From contig JAPDFW010000034.1 in assembly GCA_028826165.1 (NCBI GenBank), positions 1 through 61,133 of the forward strand: 61,133 bases of DNA, given 5' to 3'. The position numbers were made by a program, and so were the translations under genes. The DNA is from Anaeramoeba ignava BMAN (taxonomy: Eukaryota; Protista; Anaeramoebae). The notes below the pieces were generated by a model. It made no database searches. It was given only the letters and a program-made list of their open reading frames with translations, and was not told where the DNA came from. Every line of letters begins with the position of its first letter. Positions within the stretch are counted from its first letter, which is position 1. Shown here piece by piece: positions 25,737-36,398 of this stretch.

Positions 25737-28700
25737 AATTAAGTTGATAATTAAATTGATAATTAAATTGTTAATTAAATTGATAATTAAATTGATAATT
25801 AAGTTGGTAATTAAATTAGTAATTAAGTTGGTAATTAAATTGGTAATTAAATTGATAATTAAATTATTAATTAAATTGGTAATTAAGTTATTAATTAAAT
25901 TGGTAATTAAATTGGTAATTAAGTTGATAATTAAATTGGTAATAAAGTTGATAATTAAATTGATAATTAAGTTGATAATTAAATTGATAATTAAATTGGT
26001 AATTAAATTGGTAATTAAATTGATAATTAAATTGATAATTAAATTGATAATTAAATTGGTAATTAAGTTGGTAATAAAGTTGGTAATTAAGTTGGTAATT
26101 AAGTTGGTAATTAAATTGGTAATTAAATTGATAATTAAGTTGGTAATTAAGTTGGTAATAAAATTGGTAATTAAATTGTTAATTAAATTGGTAATTAAAT
26201 TGGTAATAAAGTTGATAATTAAATTGGTAATTAAATTGGTAATTAAGTTGATAATTAAATTGGTAATTAAATTGATAATTAAGTTGATAATTAAATTGGT
26301 AATTAAGTTGATAATTAAATTGATAATTAAGTTGTTAATTAAGTTGATAATTAAATTGATAATTAAGTTGATAATTAAATTGGTAATAAAGTTGATAATT
26401 AAATTGATAATTAAATTGGTAATTAAATTGATAATTAAATTGATAATTAAGTTGATAATTAAATTGTTAATTAAATTGGTAATTAAATTGGTAATTAAAT
26501 TGATAATTAAATTATTAATTAAATTGGTAATTAAGTTATTAATTAAATTGGTAATTAAATTGGTAATTAAGTTGATAATTAAATTGGTAATTAAATTGGT
26601 AATTAAATTGGTAATTAAATTGTTAATTAAGTTGGTAATTAAATTGATAATTAAATTGGTAATAAAGTTGATAATTAAATTGATAATTAAATTGATAATT
26701 AAATTGATAATTAAATTGATAATTAAATTGATAATTAAATTGTTAATTAAATTGATAATTAAATTGGTAATTAAATTGATAATTAAGTTGGTAATTAAGT
26801 TGGTAATAAAATTGGTAATTAAATTGTTAATTAAATTGGTAATTAAATTGGTAATAAAGTTGATAATTAAATTGGTAATTAAATTGGTAATTAAGTTGGT
26901 AATTAAGTTGATAATTAAATTGATAATTAAGTTGATAATTAAATTGGTAATTAAGTTGGTAATTAAATTGATAATTAAGTTGATAATTAAATTGATAATT
27001 AAATTGATAATTAAGTTGGTAATTAAATTGATAATTAAATTGATAATTAAGTTGATAATTAAATTGGTAATTAAGTTGGTAATTAAGTTGATAATTAAGT
27101 TGATAATTAAATTGATAATTAAATTGATAATTAAATTGATAATTAAATTGGTAATTAAGTTGGTAATTAAATTGATAATTAAATTGGTAATTAAATTGGT
27201 AATTAAGTTGGTAATTAAGTTGATAATTAAATTGGTAATAAAGTTGATAATTAAATTGGTAATTAAGTTGGTAATTAAATTGGTAATTAAATTGGTAATT
27301 AAATTGGTAATTAAATTGGTAATTAAATTGGTAATTAAGTTGTTAATTAAGTTGATAATTAAATTGGTAATTAAGTTGGTAATTAAGTTGATAATTAAAT
27401 TGGTAATAAAGTTGGTAATTAAATTGATAATTAAATTGGTAATTAAGTTGGTAATTAAATTAGTAATTAAGTTGGTAATTAAGTTGATAATTAAATTGGT
27501 AATAAAGTTGGTAATTAAATTAGTAATTAAGTTGGTAATTAAATTGGTAATTAAATTGATAATTAAGTTGGTAATTAAATTGGTAATTAAATTGGTAATT
27601 AAATTGGTAATTAAGTTGGTAATTAAATTGATAATTAAATTGGTAATTAAATTGATAATTAAGTTGATAATTAAATTGATAATTAAATTGATAATTAAAT
27701 TGATAATTAAATTGGTAATTAAGTTGGTAATTAAATTGGTAATTAAATTGATAATTAAGTTGATAATTAAATTGGTAATTAAGTTGGTAATTAAGTTGGT
27801 AATTAAGTTGGTAATTAAATTGGTAATAAAGTTGGTAATTAAGTTGATAATTAAATTGGTAATAAAGTTGGTAATTAAATTGGTAATTAAGTTGGTAATT
27901 AAATTAGTAATTAAGTTGATAATTAAATTGATAATTAAATTGGTAATTAAGTTGGTAATTAAATTGGTAATTAAATTGATAATTAAGTTGATAATTAAAT
28001 TGGTAATTAAGTTGGTAATTAAGTTGGTAATTAAGTTGGTAATTAAATTGGTAATTAAGTTGGTAATTAAGTTGATAATTAAATTGGTAATAAAGTTGAT
28101 AATTAAATTGGTAATTAAATTGATAATTAAATTGATAATTAAATTGTTAATTAAATTGGTAATTAAATTGGTAATTAAATTGGTAATTAAATTGGTAATT
28201 AAATTGGTAATTAAATTGGTAATTAAGTTGATAATTAAATTAGTAATTAAATTGGTAATTAAGTTGATAATTAAATTGGTAATTAAGTTGATAATTAAAT
28301 TGGTAATTAAATTGGTAATTAAATTGGTAATTAAGTTGATAATTAAATTGGTAATTAAGTTGGTAATTAAATTAGTAATTAAGTTGATAATTAAATTGAT
28401 AATTAAATTGGTAATTAAGTTAGTAATTAAATTAGTAATTAAGTTGATAATTAAATTGATAATTAAATTGATAATTAAATTGGTAATTAAATTGGTAATT
28501 AAATTAGTAATTAAATTGTTAATTAAGTTGGTAATTAAGTTGATAATTAAATTGATAATTAAATTGATAATTAAATTGGTAATTAAGTTGGTAATTAAAT
28601 TGGTAATTAAATTGGTAATTAAATTGATAATTAAATTGTTAATTAAATTGATAATTAAATTGTTAATTAAATTGATAATTAAATTGATAATTAAATTGTT

Positions 28701-29243
28701 AATTAAATTGATAATTAAATTGATAATTAAGTTGGTAATTAAATTGGTAATTAAGTTGGTAATTAAATTGGTAATTAAATTGATAATTAAGTTGATAATT
28801 AAATTGGTAATTAAGTTGGTAATTAAGTTGATAATTAAATTGATAATTAAATTGATAATTAAGTTGATAATTAAATTGGTAATTAAATTATTAATTAAAT
28901 TGGTAATTAAATTGGTAATTAAATTGGTAATTAAATTGGTAATTAAATTGTTAATTAAATTGATAATTAAATTGTTAATTAAATTGTTAATTAAATTGTT
29001 AATTAAATTGTTAATTAAATTGATAATTAAATTGGTAATTAAATTGTTAATCAAATTGATAATTAAATTATTAATTAAGTTGGTAATTAAATTGTTAATT
29101 AAATTGATAATTAAATTGATAATTAAATTGATAATTAAATTGATAATTAAATTGATAATTAAATTGGTAATTAAATTGATAATTAAATTGATAATTAAAT
29201 TGATAATTAAATTGATAATTAAATTGTTAATTAAATTGATAAT
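25737..29243. repeat. 3.5-kb phased 12-mer satellite (AATTAA[A/G]TTG[A/G/T]T)n
   Basis: About 290 units without loss of phase; source of the spurious 1188-aa and 1233-aa ORFs. Confidence 0.95.
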
Positions 29244-30011
29244 CAATATTTCAAGTAAAAGATACAAAAACAGAATCAAAAGTCAAATAAAAGCACACAC
29301 AAACACACTAATAATCGAACTTATAATCGAACTAATAATCGAACTAATAATCGAACTAATAATCGAACTTATAATCGAACTTATAATCGAACAAACAAAG
29401 CAAATATATACTCGAACTTATAGAAGCATATAAGAATACTAAAAAAAACTATTCTATTTTAAGGTTAAAAAATAGATAAATGCTCAAATAATTAAACTAT
29501 TAATTAAATTATTATTGAATCCATAAATGTACACAATTCGAGCACAAAACTATCACGAAAATAAATATATAAGCAACTTAATATTTGTAAAAGGAGGATA
29601 TTAAATAAAAAGAATGAAAAAAAATGAAAAAGAAAAAAAGGGAAAAAATTTTTTTTTTGAAATTTTTTTTTTAAAAAAACCTGGAAAACAATTTAACTCA
29701 AGATTTAGAAAAGGTTTCATAAATTAATATCCATTTAAAACTTACTTCAATAAAGATATACAGTTAATGAGAAATTAAATAAATAGAAAATAAATTAGAT
29801 TTTTCATAAAACAATTATAAACCACTTTTTAATAATAAACAATCAAACAAATAGAAAGTAGAATATTTATAAGAAAAATATAGCGATTAAGACACATTTA
29901 TTTTATAATAGGGTAAAGAAATAAATTGTATAAATTGAGATTGGCCTGGCAAATGAAAAAATTTTTATTAAAATTTTATTGAATTTTTTATTGAAATTTT
30001 TATAAAATTTT
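29244..30011 (+). repeat. About 770-bp direct repeat, copy 2 (right-subterminal block)
   Basis: Near-identical to 16071-16840. Confidence 0.92.
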
Positions 30012-30060
30012 ATAAAATTTTTTTGGGTTTGAAAAAAATTTTATAAAAAATTTCTTTAAA

Positions 30061-30100
30061 AATTTCGTTTTTTTTGTCCTTGGTTGAAAAAAAATGACTG
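30061..30100 (-). repeat. Right terminal inverted repeat
   Basis: TTTTTTTGTCCTTGGTTGAAAAAAAATGACTG followed by TA. Confidence 0.9.
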
Positions 30101-30101
30101 T

Positions 30102-32549
30102 AAATTAGAAAAAAATTTAAAAGAAAATTTAATAAATTTAAATGAAAATTTATCAAAAATTATTTGTTATTTGAATTATTTTTATCAAATGATTTGCAAG
30201 TTTCAATATAATTTACTTAAAGGAAATATTGATGAATGGCTAAATGTTTTAAAATCCTTTATTGATTTTAAAAATATTCAATTATTTAAATTGATGAAAA
30301 AAATTTTTATTCAATTATTATTAAAAAAAGATTATGAAAATTTCCATTTTTTATTTCTTTATTATTTCGAAAATGATTCAGAAAATGTTTTTAAAATATT
30401 TACAAAGTTTATTAAATTAGATTCTTATGTAATTAATTTATTATTTAAAAAAAACAAAAATTGGAAATTTTTTTAAAATTTGAAAATTTTATTTAGTGTT
30501 TTTTTGACCAAATGAATCAAATTTTAAAACATAAACATTATCAAAGTGTTTGTGTTAATTTAATTTTAAAAATGATGGTTTTAATTGAAGTAAATTTTTT
30601 TATTAAAATAAAAATTTAATTGAAAAATATTTAATTGAAAAAAAATTTTTAAAAGAAAAATCAAATTGCTTCAATTATGGATACTTCTTTATTTTCATCA
30701 TTAATTTCAATCTCAAAATCAGATAAAAATACTCTTGATATCATTTCTTCTACTTGGATACTTTGTATTATAATTTCAACTTTTCAAAATCCACATTTAA
30801 TTTCAAAACATCAAAAAGATTTTTTCCAAATATTTCAAAGATTAATAATTATTTCAAATGAAAGAAAAACTAAATCTCAAATAACAATAGATACACTAAA
30901 AAATTATATCAAAGAATTCCAAATTCAAAATCAAAATAATTCTTTCTATTCCAAAAAAAGAAACTCAATTCAAAATGATGATGATCCTTTTCTTTTTATA
31001 AATTATATTGAAATAATTTCAAATATCAAGAAAAAGAACAAGAATCAATTAAGAATTTAAAAAATTTTCAATTGAAAAATTATCAAAATATTATTCATCA
31101 TCTTCATTTTATTCATTTAAAAAAATGTATAACTGAACTTTTAATTCTTTTATATGGATATTTTCCAAAAGAGTTTATTGATTTAATTCATAAAGAATAT
31201 TCATCTAAAAAATCAAAACAAAGATTTGATTTAATTTCTTCATTTTTGAATAATTTATTTGTTCATCCAAAACTTTTTGATGATAAATTTGAAAATTATG
31301 AAGAAGTTATTCAAAAAATTAAGACTCATTTTGTTCAAGAAAATTTAAATTTAAATTTAGATTTAGATGAAAATGAAAATGAAGATGAAAATGAAAATTT
31401 AAATGAAAATTTAAATGAAAATCAAAATCAAAATCAAATTGATTCAATAGAAGAAAATATAAAAACTTCACAAGAAATGATTCTAATATTAAATAACTTT
31501 CAACAAAATTGTCAATTTAAAATTAAACCTTCAATTTTCCAAAATTTGAAAAAAAGTTTAAAAGATATTGATTTAATCAAAATGGAAAAAAATCAACTTG
31601 ATATTCAACAATTATTACAAGAAAACAATACATTAAAATGTTCTATACTTTGTCTTGAAAACGAAGTCATTTTCCACAATTTTTTACTTAATAATTATTT
31701 AATTTTAAATCTCAAACAAAACTCACAAAATAATATCCAAATCAAACAAGAAAATGTAATTGAAAATTTTAAAGCAACTGAAACAATCCAAAATAAAATC
31801 ATAATGGAAACAAAAGAACAACTTCAATTCCTTCAAAAAATTCTTGTTGAAAATGAAAAAAACCAAAAACTAAATGAACAAAAATATCTCAATAAACTTG
31901 AAAAATTTGCAACAGAAAATCATAATTTGAAAAGAAGTAATATCATTTTACAAAGAAATTTAGATGAAGATCGACTTATAAGTCAAAATTTAAACAAACA
32001 ACTTAAAATTTCTCAATCAAAAGTGTTTCCTTTAGAAATCAAAATTAGATATTTAATGGAAAAAATCCAAAAACTTCAATCAATCAAAGAAAAGAATAAA
32101 ATTCTTAAAGCAAATCTCCAAATATCAAGTACAATGTCTCAATTTTATCCTTTAATTGTTGAGCAAAATAAAGATCTTGAAAATGAAAATTTATTCAAAA
32201 ATCAAAAATCAAAGAATTGAATTCAAAAATTTAAATTATGAATCAAAATTATTTAAATTGCAAAATGAAATTGAAAATTTTGAAATCAAAATATCTTCTC
32301 TTCAAAAATCAAATTCTGATTTCCAAAAAGAACCAAGAATTATATTCTTCTTTAATTAAACAACAAAGTTCATTTCAACAAAATATTCGAAATATTCAAA
32401 CTAAATATGAAAATGTTGTTGAAGATTCATTAAGAAAAGACAGAAAAATTTTGGAATTGGAATCAAAATTGGAAACTATTCAAGTTAAATTATTTTCAAC
32501 AAATCGTGAAAGTTCTTTATTAAATGAAAATGAAAATTTAAAAAAATAA
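30102..32549 (+). CDS. TSC1: TSC1/hamartin-like protein, remainder of the gene (N-terminal helical core plus C-terminal coiled coil); interrupted allele
   Basis: LFSSLISISKSD...DFFQIFQRL...FIHLKKCITELLILLYGYFPKEFIDLIHKEYS...LFVHPKL resembles the hamartin motifs [31 protein letters not shown] and VRIHPEL; introns 30429-30496 and 30590-30655 are in frame; homopolymer frameshifts near 31020 and 32200-32340. Confidence 0.75.
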
Positions 32550-32595
32550 AAAAATTCAAAAATTCATTTTTCATTTTTTCATTTTTTAAATAAAA

Positions 32596-34071
32596 ATGGA
32601 AACTTATTTAAATTTAGAAAAACTTTCAAATGATTTAAAAAATTTATTTCAAAATCAAAATGAAAATGAAAAAGAAAATGAAACTTATTTTGATTTTGAA
32701 ATAATTTGTGAACAAAATAAAATTTCATTTAAAACTCATAAATCAATTCTTTCTTCAAGAAGTCAATATTTTAAATCCCTTTTCAATTCAAAAATGAAAG
32801 AATATCAAGAAAATAAATTAATTCTAAAAGATGTTTCAAGTTCAATTCTATTTTCAATTTTGCATTATTTTTATTCAGGAAAGATTGAAATTAATTCAGA
32901 AAATGCAATTGAAATTTTAATTTTTTCATCAAAATATTTAATTGATGAATTAATTGAATTTTCTTTAAATTTTATCAAAAAGAATTTACAAATTGAAACT
33001 GTTATTGATATACTTAAATTATCTGAATCAATGAACTTAAATGAATTATTAGAATCTTGTTATCAATTTATTTATCAAAATTTTGAAAAATTTATCAAAA
33101 CTTCATTTTTTCTTGAACTTGAAGAAAATCATTTAAATTCAATTTTATTAAATGATTATAATCTAATAGATGAATTTGAACTATTCCAATCAATAATAAA
33201 ATGGGGAAAACATAAATCAAACATTAATCAAGAAAAACAAAATCAAAAACTTGAAAAAGAAGAAAAAGAAAAATTACAAGATCGAATTTCAAATATTATT
33301 GATAAAATCAGATTTATTGATTTCTCAAAAGAACAACTTGAAGATATTTTGAAACAAGATTTAATTCCAAATCAAATTTCACAAAAATTAAATGAATTTC
33401 AAAAATTTCAAAATGATAAAGAAATCAATCAATTTATTCAAAAAGAAAATCAAAATTCATTCATTTTCAAATCAAGAATTAAATTTGATTCGAAAATTAT
33501 TCAAGATATTCTATATTTCAAAAAATTAAAAGAATGGATAAATGATAATGAATTCTTTTCTAAAATGAGAAAAGGATTTTCAGCAAAAAGAGATGGATTT
33601 GATTCTCGAAATTGGCATTCAAAATGTGATAATAAAGGAAAAACATTAATTGTTATCAAAACCAAAGATAATTTTATTTTTGGAGGATTTACTCAAATTG
33701 GATTTACAAATGATAAATCAAAATGGAGAAAACAAGATAGAAATGATACAGAAGGATGGATTATTGATCCAAAAGCTTTTATTTTTTCATTAAGAAATGA
33801 TAAGAATGATAGAAAACCAGAGAAATTTAAAATCAAACAAGGTGAAGAGCAATTTGCAATTCATTATACTTTAAATAAAGGTCCAATTTTTGGATTTGGA
33901 ATTGTTGGAGATATTTCCTTAAATTATGATTTACAATCTGGTTCTTCAAATTTTGGTTTTAGCTACAATTTACCTAAAGGAATTAAATCTAATACGAATG
34001 AAGCTCAAAGTTATTTAGCTGGTTCTTATTATAAATGGGTTGTTGATGAACTTGAGACTTATTTCATTTAA
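32596..34071 (+). CDS. BTB/POZ-BACK-TLDc domain protein (putative cullin-3 adaptor), single exon
   Basis: BTB: YFDFEIIC...FKTHKSILSSRSQYFKSLFNSKMKE...ILHYFYSGKI; BACK: EFELFQSIIKW...IRF; TLDc: SAKRDGFDSRNWHSKCDNKGKTLIVIKT...FIFGGFT...AFIFSL...GPIFG...VDELETY. Confidence 0.92.
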   Translation: METYLNLEKLSNDLKNLFQNQNENEKENETYFDFEIICEQNKISFKTHKSILSSRSQYFKSLFNSKMKEYQENKLILKDVSSSILFSILHYFYSGKIEINSENAIEILIFSSKYLIDELIEFSLNFIKKNLQIETVIDILKLSESMNLNELLESCYQFIYQNFEKFIKTSFFLELEENHLNSILLNDYNLIDEFELFQSIIKWGKHKSNINQEKQNQKLEKEEKEKLQDRISNIIDKIRFIDFSKEQLEDILKQDLIPNQISQKLNEFQKFQNDKEINQFIQKENQNSFIFKSRIKFDSKIIQDILYFKKLKEWINDNEFFSKMRKGFSAKRDGFDSRNWHSKCDNKGKTLIVIKTKDNFIFGGFTQIGFTNDKSKWRKQDRNDTEGWIIDPKAFIFSLRNDKNDRKPEKFKIKQGEEQFAIHYTLNKGPIFGFGIVGDISLNYDLQSGSSNFGFSYNLPKGIKSNTNEAQSYLAGSYYKWVVDELETYFI

Positions 34072-34149
34072 TTTCAAATTTTTCTTTTTTTTTTTTCAAA
34101 ATCCAATTCAATTCAATTTTCATTTACTTTCAATTAAATAAATAAAAAA

Positions 34150-35680
34150 CAAATCTAAATTTAAAATAAAATAAATTTAAAATAAATTATTATTAAAATT
34201 AAATATTTTTAAAATATTTATTCCACTTTTTAATATTTTTATAATTAATATTAAATTAATAAATAATTAAAAATATTAATTTAATAAATAAAATTATTAT
34301 TTCAATTTAAAATAAAATAAATTTAAAATAAATTTAAAATAAATTATTATTAAAATTAAATATTTATCTTTATTAAAATATTTATTCCACTTTTTTTTTA
34401 ATATTTTTATAACTAATATTAATTTAATAAATAAATAAAAATATTAATTTAATAAATAAAATAATTATTTCAATTTAAAATAAAATAAATTTAAAATTAA
34501 TTATTATTAATTATTATTAAAATTAAATATTTATTTTTATTAAAATATTTATTCCACTTTTTTTTAATATTTTTTTATAATTAATATTAAATTAATAAAT
34601 AATTAAAAATATTAATTTAATAAATAAAATTATTATTTCAATTTAAAATAAAATAAATTTAAAATAAATTTAAAATAAATTATTATTAAAATTAAATATT
34701 TATCTTTATTAAAATATTTATTCCACTTTTTTTAATATTTTTATAACTAATATTAATTTAATAAATAATTAAAAATATTAATTTAATAAATAAAATAATT
34801 ATTTCAATTTAAAATAAAATAAATTTAAAATTAATTATTATTAATTATTATTAAAATTAAATATTTATTTTTATTAAAATATTTATTCCACTTTTTTTTA
34901 TTATTTTTATAATTAATATTAAATTAATAAATAATTAAAAATATTAATTTAATAAATAAAATAATTATTTTAATTTTAAAATAAAATAAATTTAAAATAA
35001 ATTATTATTAATTATTATTAAAATTAAATATTTATCTTTATTAAAATAGATGGTAAAAATAATATTTTATTATAATTAATATTAAATTAATAAATAATTA
35101 AAAATATTAATATAATAAATAAAATAATCATTTCAATTTAAAATAAAATAAATTTAAAATTAATTATTAATAATTATTATTAAAATTAAATATTTATCTT
35201 TATTAAAAATAGTTGGTAAAAATAATATTTTATTATAATTAATATTAAATTAATAAATAATTAAAAATATTAATTTAATAAATAAAATAATTATTCCAAT
35301 TTAAAATAAAATAAATTTAAAATAAATTATTATTAATTATTATTAAAATTAAATATTTATTTTTATTAAAATATTTATTCCACTTTTTTTTATTATTTTG
35401 TTATAATTAATATTAAATTAATAAATAAATAAAAATATTAAATTAATAAATAAAATAATTATTTCAATTTAAAATAAAATAAATTTAAAATTAATTATTA
35501 TTAATTATTATTAAAATTAAATATTTATCTTTATTAAAATAGTTGGTAAAAATAATATTTTATTATAATTAATATTAAATTAATAAATAATTAAAAATAT
35601 TAATTTAATAAATAAAATAATTATTCCAATTTAAAATAAAATAAATTTAAAATAAATTATTATTAATTATTATTAAAATT
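34150..35680. repeat. About 165-bp AT-rich minisatellite, about 9 units, two subtypes (TTCCACTTTT and TAG[A/T]TGGTAAAA cores); about 2 more units at 35960-36290
   Basis: Core motifs recur near 34221, 34386, 34552, 34721, 34886, 35047, 35210, 35377 and 35540. Confidence 0.8.
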
Positions 35681-35702
35681 ACTTATATTTATAATATCTT
35701 TA

Positions 35703-35867
35703 GGTGATATTTCCTTAAATTATTATTTACAACCTGGCCGATCAAATTTTGGTAATAATTACAATCTACCTAAAGAAATTAAATCTAATACGGATGAATC
35801 GAAAAGTTATTTAGCTGGTTCTTATCAATCATGGGTTGTTGATGAACTTGAGACTTATTTCATTTAA
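35703..35867 (+). pseudogene. Orphan variant copy of the last 54 codons (TLDc C-terminus) and 3' flank of the BTB-TLDc gene
   Basis: GDISLNYYLQPGRSNFGNNYNLPKEIKSNTDESKSYLAGSYQSWVVDELETYFI* versus 33907-34071. Confidence 0.85.
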
Positions 35868-36398
35868 TTTCATATTTTTCATTTTTTTTTCAAAATTCAA
35901 TTTTATTTTCATTTACTTTCAATCAAATAAAATTCTTCAAATTAATAAATAAGAAACAAATCTAAATTTAAAATAATAAATTTAAAATAAATTATTATTA
36001 AAATTAAATATTTATCTTTATTAAAATATTTATTCCACTTTTTTTTAATATTTTTTTTATAATTAAAATTAAATTAATAAATAATTAAAAATATTAATTT
36101 AATAAATAAAATAATTATTTCAATTTAAAATAAAATAAATTTAAAATAAATTATTATTAATTATTATTAAAATTAAATATTTATCTTTATTAAAATATTT
36201 ATTCCACTTTTTTTTTATTATTTTTTTATAATTAATATTAAATTAATAAATAATCAAAAATATTAAATTAATAAATAAATTCAATTTAAAATAAATTGTT
36301 ATTAAAATTCTATTTTTTTTTTGTGATTAAAATATTTTTTATTCAATTTAAAATGAAATGAAATGAAATGAAATTTTTATTTATCTTTATTAAAATTG

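Larger units (their letters stand above)
9919..30100 (+). mobile_element. Giant (20,182 bp) IS630/Tc1/mariner-superfamily DNA transposon with terminal inverted repeats and TA target-site duplication
   Basis: Left end TA|CAGTCGTTTTCGATCAACCAAGGACAAAAAAA; reverse complement of right end TA|CAGTCATTTTTTTTCAACCAAGGACAAAAAAA (28 of 32 identical); TA at 9917-9918 and 30101-30102; DDE transposase inside; empty site restores the host reading frame. Confidence 0.9.

Noticed and set aside
25713-29433. 1188-aa (NLIT/NLII) and 1233-aa (KLII/KLVI) ORFs
   Set aside because: Both are stop-free frames of a 12-mer satellite on opposite strands; no domain content, and the duplicate copy at 14230-16250 is out of frame
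16071-30011. LTR retrotransposon interpretation of the 770-bp direct repeats
   Set aside because: No gag/RT/integrase, no TG...CA ends or flanking duplication; the TIRs and TA duplication explain the structure
9921-30123. Transposon removed as one intron using GT at 9921 or 9924 and the nearest AG at 30108 or 30123
   Set aside because: These combinations put the TSC1 exon out of frame; other splice routes would need RNA data
33907-35867. Diversity-generating retroelement VR/TR pair
   Set aside because: Differences are not confined to adenines of either copy and there is no reverse transcriptase in the window
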